Source of the DNA: an uncultured bacterium
Lineage (GTDB): Bacteria; Chloroflexota; UBA5177; JANWHV01
Assembly: GCA_963729625.1 (NCBI GenBank)
Contig: CAVSOU010000008.1
Coordinates: forward strand, 128,001 to 192,000
DNA: 64,000 nt
Direction: 5' to 3'
Below are positions 40,678-51,001 of the stretch, in pieces. How positions within the stretch are numbered: the first letter of the stretch is position 1; the number at the start of each line of letters is the position of its first letter. The notes under the pieces are model-generated. The model saw only the letters and a list, made by a program, of their open reading frames with translations, was not told the DNA's origin and made no database searches. A program made the translations under genes and the position numbers.

Positions 40678-41025
40678 ATGTTCAGAATCCTGTTCGCCGG
40701 CGCCATTGCCGTCATGGTAGGGGCGATGCTCGGCTGGATTGGTATCCTATGGGATACATCGCAGAATGCATACCAGCAGATCTATGGCAGGCCGATGACG
40801 TCCCCGAAAGGGAACACACTCGACCACTTGAATGACTGGCTCGCGTTTCTTCCCAGCGACCCGGTAACGCGCGGGCTCATAGTCGCGGGCTTCGTCGTCG
40901 GTCTGCTTGTGTTGACGTTCATCGTCAACCTTCTGGGCATACGCTACGGTAAGATGCGGCAGGCGCATCTGGCTAAGGCGGACGCAAGGACTCGTACCAT
41001 CAGCTCCTATAACAAGGCGCACTAA
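40678..41025 (+). CDS. Hypothetical membrane protein (2 TM)
   Basis: GGAGGG SD; two hydrophobic segments. Confidence 0.65.
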   Translation: MFRILFAGAIAVMVGAMLGWIGILWDTSQNAYQQIYGRPMTSPKGNTLDHLNDWLAFLPSDPVTRGLIVAGFVVGLLVLTFIVNLLGIRYGKMRQAHLAKADARTRTISSYNKAH

Positions 41026-41119
41026 TTCGTTCTGACGAGGGTGCGCGTGCCGGTTGCTGGGAGCCCTGTCTGTGGACAGACGGGGGGATCCTAGCTGATC
41101 CGTGTGGTAGAGTTGGTGT

Positions 41120-42127
41120 ATGGTTGCCGCCGTGGACCGAGAATCCGCTCCCACCCCATCGTGCGATGAGGCGCTGAGTCTCTATCTCGATCATCTGACG
41201 CTACGCGGCCGGTCGCCCGCCACCATACGCACGTACGCTGGCTCCATCGGGAGTTTCTTCCGCTTCGTTGCTCAGCGGGGCAGAGAGCCGGCCAGCACGG
41301 CGGTGTCCGCTGTGAAGACAGGCGACGTCTCCGCGTTTCTCCTCTACGCCACGCGATCGGGACGGAAGCCCGCGACGCGCTCCGCGTATCTCACCGCGCT
41401 GACCGCGTTCTTCCGTTTTCTCATCCTCAATCATCACTATCCCGGCACTGTGGAGGAGTTGCGGGCGCAGCTCAGCGAGCTGACGGTCAAGCCCGCGAAG
41501 GGTCGGCCGGCGCCCGATCAGCGATTGCCGGCGCTGCTGCGCCACGCCGGGCATGCGGTCGGCGTTGCCACAGGCGAGCGTGCCCGGCTCGTGAGCGCGC
41601 GCAACCTGGCCATCCTTCACACGCTGTTCGCATCCGGCATGCGCGTCTCGGAGGTGTCGAGCCTGTCCCGCCAAGACATGGACTGGGAGCGGAGCCAGGC
41701 GTTGATCACCGGGAAGGGCGGGAGGCAGCGCCTCGTATTCTTCTCTCCGGAGTCCATCGTGGCGATCAATGCCTATCTGGATTTGCGCGGGGACGACGGC
41801 TTCACGCCGCTGTTCCTGCACCATGACAACGCGCATGCCGCGCAACTGGCTCGAGAGCGCGCTGCCAAGGGAGACGGCGAGTCCCTTCGCCTCTCTCCGC
41901 GGCAGATCCAAAGCGTGGTCCGGGCTCTGGCGCGGAGCGAAGGCATTCGTGCCACTCCGCATAGTTTCCGGCACTATGTAGCGACGGAGTTGCTGAACGA
42001 TACAGCCGCGGATATTCGCGATGTCCAGGAGATTCTCGGACATGCCAGCCTGGCCACGACTCAAATCTACACGCACAAGAACGTGACGAGGTTGTCGGCC
42101 ACCGCCGCTCGCCGCTTCGCGCGGTGA
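41120..42127 (+). CDS. Tyrosine recombinase, XerC/XerD-like
   Basis: SGMRVSE, GKGG, PHSFRH, LGHASL and TTQIYTH: the full R-K-H-R-H-Y catalytic set. Confidence 0.9.
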   Translation: MVAAVDRESAPTPSCDEALSLYLDHLTLRGRSPATIRTYAGSIGSFFRFVAQRGREPASTAVSAVKTGDVSAFLLYATRSGRKPATRSAYLTALTAFFRFLILNHHYPGTVEELRAQLSELTVKPAKGRPAPDQRLPALLRHAGHAVGVATGERARLVSARNLAILHTLFASGMRVSEVSSLSRQDMDWERSQALITGKGGRQRLVFFSPESIVAINAYLDLRGDDGFTPLFLHHDNAHAAQLARERAAKGDGESLRLSPRQIQSVVRALARSEGIRATPHSFRHYVATELLNDTAADIRDVQEILGHASLATTQIYTHKNVTRLSATAARRFAR

Positions 42128-42364
42128 CCGATTACCGACACCGCGATGGCCGCGCAGCGCCTAGCGCGCGACGAGATACACGTGCGTGTCCTGGGTGATC
42201 GTCAAATGCATGGATCTCTGCACGGCATGGTGGGAGCCAAAGATACATATCCATCATTGCAAGTCCCGTTGCAACGCGTCTTAGGCTCGCTATGGGGTGA
42301 ACTCTATGCGCGGGTGTGATATGGTCTGACCCAGGGTAGATCTCGACGACTGAAAGGTATCCGG

Positions 42365-42516
42365 GTGGATATCGCGATCATGGTAGAGGGCCAGACAGGC
42401 CCGAATTGGCCTCGTCGGCAAGCACCTGGAGCGCGCGGTTGAGGGCCTTGGTTTCCACGGCCTCTACCGATCGGCTCATTTCACCAAGCCTGGGCTCCCG
42501 GACCAGGACTTGCTAG
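42365..42516 (+). pseudogene. N-terminal remnant of an LLM-class F420-dependent oxidoreductase
   Basis: VDIAIMVEGQTGPNWPR..(frameshift)..LERAVEGLGFHGLYRSAHFT resembles the LLM N-terminus (EGQ..W..A.E.LGF.GL.RSDH); ends after ~50 codons. Confidence 0.65.
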
Positions 42517-42940
42517 CAAGACTCACTACTTGTCAAGGGGTCTTTGTCACGTATACGCCGGGTGGGGAGACTGTTGAACTCGGTGCGGATTGGCACCATA
42601 TGAATTCCCCATTTTGGGGATTCATTCCAAGACACGACCGTGCGTATGATGGTGGAGTGACTGAGTGGCAGTCACGGATGGATGAGTAACTCGCCAGGGG
42701 GGAATGTACTCGTCCCGCAGAGCCTCGTGCCGGGGGGGGGAACGAGGGCTCTGAGGTGTTCGCCGGAACTGGGATTGCCTATCCTTCGGCCTTGTGTTTG
42801 AATCGTGGCGACACACCGAAGATGAATGGCAACGACAGCCGGTGCGTGCCCAGGACGGTGTCAAGTCATTCCTCCCGCATGCGGGCGACGCCGGCGTCAG
42901 CGGGCGCCAGGTTACCCTGAAGGAGAATGGGCCGGTGTCG

Positions 42941-43390
42941 ATGAACGAGTACCAGGACTTCGATCGGGATAGCTATGATCCGTCGTCGGCGAATCGTGCC
43001 GCCGCCAGCGTGATCCGCCAACTCGCTGCGCAGTTAGAGAGTGCCGGCTACAAGGCGGGTGCGGTACGCACGCGGCGCGTGGATCCGGCCGAGCGTGCGC
43101 GCTCGATCGATTTCGCCCTCGTGAATCTCGCAAGCTCAATGTCCGAGATGGAAGTGGCGGGCCTTGTCAATGCGCTGCGGTATGCAGCCAATGCCACGCA
43201 GGATGAGCACCAGTGCGAGTTTTGCGGCTGCGCCACTGAGCCCTGGTCGATGCTACTATGCGACACCCGGGATGACGATGACACGGGAGCCCTGGTCTTG
43301 CATTCGTGGGACCAGTACGGCTATACGCTCTGCAAGACCTGCCACTTGGCAGTCCGCCAGGCCCGCTGGCAGGCTGCTTCCCAGATGTAG
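42941..43390 (+). CDS. Hypothetical protein with C-terminal Cys4 zinc-finger-like motif
   Basis: CEFC...CKTC; AAGGAG upstream. Confidence 0.6.
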   Translation: MNEYQDFDRDSYDPSSANRAAASVIRQLAAQLESAGYKAGAVRTRRVDPAERARSIDFALVNLASSMSEMEVAGLVNALRYAANATQDEHQCEFCGCATEPWSMLLCDTRDDDDTGALVLHSWDQYGYTLCKTCHLAVRQARWQAASQM

Positions 43391-43593
43391 ATCCCGAGCG
43401 TTTTCTCCCCAACGCCGCGCAGCAATGCCCTCCGCGGAACCACTTCGACCTGCATGCTGTTCGTAGCGAAGCACAAAACCTCCCGAATATGCCGCGAGGG
43501 GAGCACATGCTCCCCTCGCGCTGTCTGCACACGGATGTGTCCTGCACGGCCAATCCATAAACAAGCCGGAACGGCCGTTATGGGAAGAGCCGG

Positions 43594-44748
43594 CTAGTAC
43601 AGGAACATCGGCTTGCCAAGGATGTGAGAAACCTTAGCTCGATACGTCTCGGAATCGTACAGCTGGTCGACATCCACACGGCGGACGCCCGTGCCGATCA
43701 CGTCCATCGGGACCGTGGTGTAGACGCCCTCGCGTAAAGCAACCATCTGGCCGGTCTGGCCTCGTAGCGCCAGGTCGGCGGCAATGTTGCCGTAGGTGAA
43801 CGAGACCATGCGATCGAGAGCGTCCGGCGGACCAGATCGCATCAGATAGCCAAGCGACTGCTGCACGATCTCCTCACCTGTCAGCTTCTTGAGCATCTCG
43901 CCCGTAGCCAGGCCGATGCCGCCGAGCTTGCGATGTCCGAATGCATCCTCAGGTCCAGTCTCGTAGATGTCGCCGCCGATCATGGTCGCGCCCTCGGACA
44001 CGGCGATGATGGCATAGTTGCTGGGATTGCGCCGCTTGTCTTCCATCACGAGCGCGGCAAGGCGCTCCGGATCGAACGGCACCTCCGGGATCAGCGTGCG
44101 ATCGACGTCGCCGAGGTAACCGGCAATGAGCGCGGTTTCTCCGGAATTGCGGCCAAAGAGCTCGACCACGGCAATGCGCTCGTGCGAGCCGGTCGGGGTG
44201 CGAAGGTCGTTGATGAAGGCGATGCTGCGGCTGACGGCGGTTGAGAAACCGATGCAGTAGTCGGTGCCGAAGACGTCGTTGTCCATGGTCTTCGGGATAC
44301 CGATAGTGGGGAACTTTTCCTGATGCAAGCGAAGCGCATAGCTCAGCGTGTCGTCGCCGCCGATCGCCAGGAGGGCGCCGATCTCCAGGTGCTCGAGCAC
44401 GCGGAGCACGTGGTCAGTGCAGTCGGCAATGCCGTTGGGCGAAAATGCATACTTTCCCTTGAGGAACTCGGGAAGCTTGTTTTCCTTGACCTTGCCCGGA
44501 TGGGTCCGGGAGCTGTGGAGGAACGTGCCGCCGGACCGATCGATGACGCGCACGTCATTGCGCGTGATCGGGCGGATCCATTCCGGCTGGGGCTCCTTCT
44601 TGTCAGGGTTATAGTTCAGCAGACCGGCCCAACCGCGCCGAACGCCGAACATTTCAATCCCGGCGTCGGAGATGCGATTCACCGCCGCCTTAATTGCAGG
44701 ATTCAAACCAGGAACGTCGCCGCCCCCGGTCAGGATTGCCATCTTCAT
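43594..44748 (-). CDS. pfkA: 6-phosphofructokinase
   Basis: [37 protein letters not shown]. Confidence 0.93.
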   Translation of the reverse strand: MKMAILTGGGDVPGLNPAIKAAVNRISDAGIEMFGVRRGWAGLLNYNPDKKEPQPEWIRPITRNDVRVIDRSGGTFLHSSRTHPGKVKENKLPEFLKGKYAFSPNGIADCTDHVLRVLEHLEIGALLAIGGDDTLSYALRLHQEKFPTIGIPKTMDNDVFGTDYCIGFSTAVSRSIAFINDLRTPTGSHERIAVVELFGRNSGETALIAGYLGDVDRTLIPEVPFDPERLAALVMEDKRRNPSNYAIIAVSEGATMIGGDIYETGPEDAFGHRKLGGIGLATGEMLKKLTGEEIVQQSLGYLMRSGPPDALDRMVSFTYGNIAADLALRGQTGQMVALREGVYTTVPMDVIGTGVRRVDVDQLYDSETYRAKVSHILGKPMFLY

Positions 44749-44823
44749 GTTTAGCAAGCTCCTTTACAGACAAACGGGTGCCACCGGATACTATACGGCA
44801 TTTCCACGTTGCCCGTGCTAGGC

Positions 44824-44887
44824 CCGAGCCACCGAGCCACCGAGCCACCGAGCCACCGAGCCACCGAGCCACCGAGCCACCGAGCCA
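44824..44887. repeat. Perfect tandem octamer (CCGAGCCA)x8
   Basis: Read directly from the sequence; lies in the divergent pfkA / glyQS intergenic region. Confidence 0.97.
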
Positions 44888-44959
44888 CCACACAAATGAT
44901 GGTACTTATCCGATTTGGCGGCAAGTGCTGCCTTGGTATACTGACATCACAATTGAGAC

Positions 44960-45194
44960 GTGGCGTCGACGAAGAAGAGTAGCCTCGACTGACACACCGC
45001 AGCGAGCCGGAGATAGTGCGAGCCCGGCGTGAAATCACGTGGCAAAGGCGCTTCCGAGCCGTATTCCATAGAAGAGTCTTGTGCTCGTGCAAGCTAAGGC
45101 AGAGAGCTTAGCTTTCGCGGCGCGAGGAATCGGGGTGGAACCGCGAAGCTCTATTCGTCCCCGGGCCAGTGAGCAGGCCCGGGGCTTTTGTTTT
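44960..45194 (+). promoter_or_regulatory. T-box riboswitch (Gly, specifier GGC) with terminator
   Basis: AGTA and GCGAG stem I motifs; AAA-GGC specifier; GGGGTGGAACCGCG T-box with TTCGTCCCC antiterminator; CCCCGGGCC..GGCCCGGGG-CTTTTGTTTT terminator; upstream TATACT -10. Confidence 0.93.
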
Positions 45195-45216
45195 GTAGCG
45201 CGATCGAAGGCTGGAA

Positions 45217-46581
45217 ATGATAGCTGATACCCACGAGAGCACGAAAGTAGAGCTTCCCGAAGGAACAGAACTGCTCGAGCGGCTCATGTCGCTCTGCAAG
45301 AGGCGAGGATTCGTCTACCAGAACAGCGAGATATACGGCGGCGTAGCCGGCCTCTACGACTTTGGACCGCTTGGGGTGGAGATGCGCCGAAACCTCAAGA
45401 ACCTGTGGTGGACGTTCATGGTGCAGACCCGCGAGAACACGGTCGGCATCGACGGCGCCATTCTGACGCATCCCAGAGTATGGGAGGCTAGCGGCCACGT
45501 CGAGAACTTCAGCGACCCCCTTGTCGACTGCAAGGGCTGCCGGCGCCGCTACCGCTCCGATCACTTGATGGAGGCGAACGGCGGTGTGCTTCCGGAGAAG
45601 TGCCCGGAGTGCGGCGGCGAGCTGACGGAGCCGCGGCGCTTCAACTTGCTGATGGAGACCGAGCTGGGCGTCGTCGAGGGCGAGCGCATGAAGACGTACT
45701 TGCGTGGCGAGGCCTGCCAGAACATCTATCTCGATTGGGACAATGTCATGAAGTCCTCGCGCGTGCGCATCCCCTTTGGTATTTGCCAGATCGGGAAGGC
45801 ATTCCGCAATGAGGTGACGCTCGGCCCCTTCATCATGCGCCAGCGCGAATTCGAGCAGTGGGATCTGCAGTTCTTCGTGCATCCAAGCGAGATGGAGAAA
45901 TGGTTCGCCTACTGGCAGGAGGAGCGCAGCGGGTGGTGCCGTGGACTCGTCAACAGGAGCGATCGCGTGCGCCTGCGCGAGCACTCGCCGGATGAGCTGG
46001 CTCACTACGCCAAGCGGGCCACCGATATCGAGTACTTTGTGCCCGGCGTGGGCTGGAAGGAATGGGAGGGAGTCCATTGGCGCGGTGACTGGGATCTCAG
46101 CCGGCATGCTCAGTTCAGCGGTCAGGATCTGAGCTACACAGACCCGGTTACCAACGAGCGGTATGTTCCCTGGATCGTAGAGACTTCCGGAGGCGTTGAC
46201 CGTACATTCTTCTATTTGCTGGTGGACGCCTATGACGAGGAGATTGTCAACGGCGAGAAGCGAACAGTCTTGCACCTGCATAAGAAGGTCGCACCCTACA
46301 AGGTGGCAGTGCTACCACTCTCGAAGAAACCTGAACTGACCCAGCCCGCGCGCGAGATTTGGCGTGGCCTGGCAGAGCTGTTTCCGACCGACTACGATGA
46401 GACGCAGGCGATCGGCCGGCGCTACCGCCGACAGGACGAGATCGGCACGCCGTACTGCGTGACCTTCGACTTCCAGTCCGTCGACGACCGAGCAGTCACC
46501 ATTCGCGATCGCGACACCATGACGCAGCGCCGGGTCCCAATCAGCGACCTCAAGGGAACGCTGCTGCAAGATCTCGCCTGA
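45217..46581 (+). CDS. glyQS: Glycine--tRNA ligase (alpha2 type)
   Basis: LCKRRGFV, EIYGG, WEASGH, GKAFRNE, REFEQ, IGRRYRRQDEIGTP; Gly T-box upstream. Confidence 0.96.
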   Translation: MIADTHESTKVELPEGTELLERLMSLCKRRGFVYQNSEIYGGVAGLYDFGPLGVEMRRNLKNLWWTFMVQTRENTVGIDGAILTHPRVWEASGHVENFSDPLVDCKGCRRRYRSDHLMEANGGVLPEKCPECGGELTEPRRFNLLMETELGVVEGERMKTYLRGEACQNIYLDWDNVMKSSRVRIPFGICQIGKAFRNEVTLGPFIMRQREFEQWDLQFFVHPSEMEKWFAYWQEERSGWCRGLVNRSDRVRLREHSPDELAHYAKRATDIEYFVPGVGWKEWEGVHWRGDWDLSRHAQFSGQDLSYTDPVTNERYVPWIVETSGGVDRTFFYLLVDAYDEEIVNGEKRTVLHLHKKVAPYKVAVLPLSKKPELTQPAREIWRGLAELFPTDYDETQAIGRRYRRQDEIGTPYCVTFDFQSVDDRAVTIRDRDTMTQRRVPISDLKGTLLQDLA

Positions 46582-46681
46582 TCAGAGCCTACACGACGCG
46601 CCGGCAGGAAGGCAGGTCAAGCTGCACAGTGTCCAACGCAGCCGGTCGCGAGGTGCCCATACCCTCCTAAGGAGCTATATA

Positions 46682-47284
46682 GTGGATGAGCCCGTAACTC
46701 TCTCGACATTTCCATCGCCTCTGTACTGGCACGTCAGGCCTGCCCGCTGGAACGCTGCGCCGTCGTCGCTGACGATCACGGCACAGGCCAGGACCGACCT
46801 TTTCACCGATCCGCAGGGCTCGACGCCCATGGTCAACGCTCCGCGCCTGCACGGTCCGGTGGCCGGCGATTTCCAGCTCAGCGCGCTGGTCGAGGTCGAC
46901 TTTGGCGCGATGTTCGACGCCGGAGTAATTCTGGTGTGGGACGACGACGCCCATTGGGCCAAGCTGTGCTTCGAGTACTCGCCGCGCCGGCAACCGATGG
47001 TCGTCTCGGTGGTCACGCGTGGCGTGTCCGACGACGCGAACGGGTTCGTGGTCGACGGCACGCGAGTTTGGCTGCGCGCCAGCCGCAGAGGGCAGGCATG
47101 GGCGTTCCATGCCTCTCTAGATGGCCGGCGCTGGGAGCTTATCCGCCATTTCTCGCTCGGCGGCGGCGCCGCGACGAATGTTGGTTTCCTTGCCCAATCG
47201 CCGACCGGACCGGGCTGCACAGTGACGTTCGGCGAGATCCATTTTGTCCCCGAGCGTCTGCGAGAGCTGCGGAACGGAGAGTAG
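46682..47284 (+). CDS. DUF1349 family protein
   Basis: TDLFTDP, WAKLCFEYSP, VVSVVTRGVSDDAN, QSPTGPGC. Confidence 0.88.
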   Translation: MDEPVTLSTFPSPLYWHVRPARWNAAPSSLTITAQARTDLFTDPQGSTPMVNAPRLHGPVAGDFQLSALVEVDFGAMFDAGVILVWDDDAHWAKLCFEYSPRRQPMVVSVVTRGVSDDANGFVVDGTRVWLRASRRGQAWAFHASLDGRRWELIRHFSLGGGAATNVGFLAQSPTGPGCTVTFGEIHFVPERLRELRNGE

Positions 47285-47311
47285 GACCGGTCTCCAAATG
47301 GGAAGGTCGAA

Positions 47312-48202
47312 ATGACCAGGATGCGCCCTGTCGATCGATATGTGACGTCGCCGACAACGGGCATTCAGGTGCACGTGCGTGAGTGGGATGGGCCGGCCGA
47401 CCCTGATGGAAGCGCCAGGCCGGTCATCCTGGTTCACGGGCTTGCATCAAGTTCTCACATTTTCGACCTGTGTGCTCCGATCCTCGCGCGGACACGCCGT
47501 GTCGCGAGCTACGATCTGCGCGGACATGGCGAGACCGCAAAGCCAGACGACGGCTACGACATCGCCACCATGGTCGACGACGGCGCCGGCATAGCACAGG
47601 CGATCCAGATCGACGAGCCGTATGTCGTTGCCGGCCACTCCTGGGGCGCCACTGTCGCGCTGCACTGGACTGTGCAGCATCCGGATCACGTGCATGCGAC
47701 GGTGCTGGTTGATGGGGCGTTCTTCGCGTTTCGCGATGCACCGGACGCATCGTGGGAGCGGGTCGCTCAGCGCCTGGCGCCACCGGTCATGCGCGGCATG
47801 ACGCTCGACGGCCTCGTCGAGCACAGCCGCGGAGCACTGGGCTTCCTGGACGACGATTTCCGCCGCCGATACTTTCAGGCATTGATGGACGTCGCGCCCG
47901 ACGGCACGATTCGCGCGCGGCTGTCGCGTGAGCACCATATGCGGATCTTGCGCGCCATGTGGGACGACGACGTCGATGCCGCGTTCGGCGCGCTACGCCG
48001 CCCGGCGCTGGCGCTGCTGGCTCAGCGCGCCGAGACCGATGCCGCCGCGCAGCAGATGGAGACGCTTCGGCGCCGCATGGTGGAGCGGATTGGCGCGGCG
48101 CAGCCGCTACTGAGTGTTCGCTGGCTGGCAAACACAATTCACGATATTCCGCTGCAGCGACCGAAGCTCCTCGCCGAAGCGATCGCGGCGTTTGCCGGAT
48201 AG
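47312..48202 (+). CDS. Alpha/beta hydrolase
   Basis: LVHGL, DLRGHG, GHSWG nucleophile, C-terminal His. Confidence 0.9.
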   Translation: MTRMRPVDRYVTSPTTGIQVHVREWDGPADPDGSARPVILVHGLASSSHIFDLCAPILARTRRVASYDLRGHGETAKPDDGYDIATMVDDGAGIAQAIQIDEPYVVAGHSWGATVALHWTVQHPDHVHATVLVDGAFFAFRDAPDASWERVAQRLAPPVMRGMTLDGLVEHSRGALGFLDDDFRRRYFQALMDVAPDGTIRARLSREHHMRILRAMWDDDVDAAFGALRRPALALLAQRAETDAAAQQMETLRRRMVERIGAAQPLLSVRWLANTIHDIPLQRPKLLAEAIAAFAG

Positions 48203-48476
48203 CACGGCTCCCGCTGAAGCCTCACCATCGCCCATGCGTGTGAGCAGGGGAGCAACAGGGCAGGCCGCGGGCGCGCGAGGCGGCGGTTTCACAAGCCGCG
48301 GCCAGAGCTTCGAAGACATGCGCGCCTGATAGAAGTGTTCGAAAGAATCCAGGCACACCCTCGAGGGCGGGGCACTGTGAGGCAGTCTCACGATGAAGTA
48401 TACTTCGGGAAACTGGCAGTACCTGGGTTGATTCGTAAGGGCGGCTATCCAGAGCGCAGGAGGTCTTGGAGGAGTC

Positions 48477-49226
48477 ATGGCTACTCGAATGGCGCGCTAT
48501 GATGTGCGCAACGACGGTGCTGGTCCATATGCAATGTTCTACTGCGATACCTGCTCACGCGAATACCGCAGCCAGCCGGACGTACGGGCCACAATCGGCA
48601 AGGAAGTCGGGCGCGATGTGCTTGGCGGGTTCCTGCGGCGCAACATACCGATTCTCGGCAGCGCCGTGGCTCGAGGCGTCGACGACCAGGATCCGCGGTA
48701 CATCCGCACGCTGAATCCACAAGAGCTGGAGAGCGCCTGGAACCAGGTCAAAGACGTGTTTCATGAGTGCCCCACGTGCCATCAGTTGGTGTGCAACTCG
48801 GACTGGGATGCACAGGCCGGGACGTGCGCGCAGGACAGTCCTCGCAGGGCGGAAATCGCGCAGGCGCAGACCGAGCAGGCCGCGGGCATGGTCAAGGGTC
48901 TGGCAAGCGCGTTCGGGATCGGCGATGCGATGAGGAACGCGGCCGAGGCAGCAAAACAGGCGTCGGCGGCCGCGGCGCGATGCCCGAACGACGGCACGCT
49001 GGCGAAGCCGGGCACGAAGTTCTGCCCGCAGTGCGGGACCGCCATGGTCCAGCCGGCGACTGAGACCTGCCCCAAGTGCGGTTCGCAGACTGGTGGCGCA
49101 AAGTTCTGCCCTGAATGCGGCACGAAGGTCGAGCAGGCCCAGCCGGCGTCCACCATGTGCTCGAATTGCGGCACCGACGCCAAGGGCGCGAAATTCTGCC
49201 CCGAGTGCGGCACGAAGATGAGCTAG
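48477..49226 (+). CDS. Multi zinc-ribbon (double zinc ribbon) protein
   Basis: Repeated AKFCPECG-type units plus N-terminal CxxC pairs; GGAGGA SD. Confidence 0.88.
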   Translation: MATRMARYDVRNDGAGPYAMFYCDTCSREYRSQPDVRATIGKEVGRDVLGGFLRRNIPILGSAVARGVDDQDPRYIRTLNPQELESAWNQVKDVFHECPTCHQLVCNSDWDAQAGTCAQDSPRRAEIAQAQTEQAAGMVKGLASAFGIGDAMRNAAEAAKQASAAAARCPNDGTLAKPGTKFCPQCGTAMVQPATETCPKCGSQTGGAKFCPECGTKVEQAQPASTMCSNCGTDAKGAKFCPECGTKMS

Positions 49227-49298
49227 CGCTGTCGCCACGGGCCCCATGTGCCGTGGTCCAGAACCACTGAACGAGTGCCGTCCGATGTCCCTCGGCTG

Positions 49299-50108
49299 CT
49301 ATGGCGGCGTGAGCGGTTGTGCCAGGATGCCGAGCGCTCGCGCGTGGAAGGCGAGTGCATCCTGGACATGCCGATCCCAATACGTCCACTCGTGGCTGCC
49401 GGAAAACTCCGCGTACTCGTGCGGGACCTTCAGCTTCTCGAGATGGCGATGGAGCGCCCGGTTCTCCTCCAGAAGAGTATCCTCGGTGCCGCAGTCGAAG
49501 CGCAGCGCGGGCAGCAGATCGCGGTTCACGGACTCTGCCAGGGCATACAGGTCGTTTGGGCCGCCGGCTGGATTCTCGCCGAACAGCCGGCGCATCTCTC
49601 CGGCGAAGTCCTCGCTAAAAAGAAAATTGAACTCGTCTGGAGGCTGCGCCGCTGTATCGACGCGCCTAGCGCCGGCCCCCAGCGCGCCGGAATGGCTCAC
49701 CGCGCTGCAAAAGAGATCGGGATGGCTCAGGGCCAGGCGAAAGGCGCCGTAGCCGCCCATGGAGAGTCCGCCGATCACGCGCGCTTCGCGCCTCGCGTCG
49801 GTATGGAACGTCCGATCGACGAGCCCGACCAGGTCACGGGTGATGGCCGCATCATAGGCATAGCCTTCGCACGCATCGGTGTAAAAGCCGCGTCCTCCGT
49901 CCGGCATCACCACGATCAAGGGATAGTCTTGGACATGCTGTTCGATGCGGGTTCTCCGCGTCCAGACGGTGTAGTCGTCGGACAGACCATGCAGCAGGTA
50001 GAAGACCGGGAACGGTCCCTTGAACTCTTCCCGCTCGGGCAGGACGACCATCGCTCCTGTCATCTTGCGCAGGGCGGTGCTGAAGTAGCGGAGTTCGGCG
50101 AGTGCCAC
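49299..50108 (-). CDS. Esterase (tributyrin esterase / FrmB-like)
   Basis: YLLHGLSDD, GLSMGG, DCGTED, GSHEWTYW. Confidence 0.9.
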   Translation of the reverse strand: MALAELRYFSTALRKMTGAMVVLPEREEFKGPFPVFYLLHGLSDDYTVWTRRTRIEQHVQDYPLIVVMPDGGRGFYTDACEGYAYDAAITRDLVGLVDRTFHTDARREARVIGGLSMGGYGAFRLALSHPDLFCSAVSHSGALGAGARRVDTAAQPPDEFNFLFSEDFAGEMRRLFGENPAGGPNDLYALAESVNRDLLPALRFDCGTEDTLLEENRALHRHLEKLKVPHEYAEFSGSHEWTYWDRHVQDALAFHARALGILAQPLTPP

Positions 50109-50388
50109 TGTCCCTCTCACTTTCTTTGGCGCCGGATCGATAGCCCAGCTGGCGGACCGAGCGCAGGTGCGATGCCTCGAGCTTGGCGCAACTCCCATTC
50201 ATTATGGTTGCCCGAGATGCCGGTAAACAAGGTGCATGCTTTCGCCAATCCAGGATTCTGTGGTACCCGTAGAGAGAGTGGCGGGGCATGTGCTCCGCGT
50301 GGGGTGGCAGCGCCAGGGTGGCCCTGCAGAATGGCCGGGAAAGCGCCGCACACGCCACCGAGATCGCGGATTGAAGGGAACTGGTCGT

Positions 50389-50862
50389 ATGGAGCGTGCA
50401 ACATTTGGAGCGGGTTGCTTCTGGGGCGTCGAGGCTGCGTTCCGCGAAGTCGAGGGCGTGACGGCCACGCGCGTGGGCTATCTTGGCGGCACGCTCAAGA
50501 ATCCGACCTACAGGGACGTTTGCTCGGGAAAGACGGGGCACGCGGAGGTCGTCGAAGTGACCTACAGATCCCGAGAAGGTCTCGTACGAAACGCTCCTGA
50601 CACATCTTCTGGGAGAACCACGATCCGACGCAGCTCAATCGCCAGGGTCCCGACCACGGCGCGCAATATCGATCGGCGATATTCTTACCACTCTCCGGCG
50701 CAGGAGGCCGCGGCTCGAGCCTCAAAGAAGTCGCTCGAAGAGGCGCGTCGACACCGCAAGCCGATCGTAACGGAAATCACGCCGGCGTCCGACTTCTGGG
50801 AGGCGGAAGAGTATCACCAGCAGTATCTCGAGAAGCGAGGCCTGGCAAGCTGCCATCTGTAG
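50389..50862 (+). CDS. msrA: Peptide methionine (S)-sulfoxide reductase, with three apparent single-base insertions
   Basis: [43 protein letters not shown] is recovered only after removing extra bases near 50566, 50600 and 50685. Confidence 0.88.
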   Translation: MERATFGAGCFWGVEAAFREVEGVTATRVGYLGGTLKNPTYRDVCSGKTGHAEVVEVTYRSREGLVRNAPDTSSGRTTIRRSSIARVPTTARNIDRRYSYHSPAQEAAARASKKSLEEARRHRKPIVTEITPASDFWEAEEYHQQYLEKRGLASCHL

Positions 50863-51001
50863 AGGGCGCGGGGCCAAGCGTGTACAGCGCGAGCCCACGC
50901 ATTACTTTCTGCCCATACCAAGATCCGGGTAAGAATCCGAGGTCAAGCACGGGCGATCGAATATCGGGATCTCAGGATCGCCGGGAAGGAGAGCACACAC
51001 G

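Noticed and set aside
44824-44887. Possible CRISPR array
   Set aside because: Contiguous 8-bp units with no spacers and no cas genes.
48330-48345. LexA box (AGAAGTGTTCG)
   Set aside because: Does not fit the GAAC-N4-GTTC spacing.
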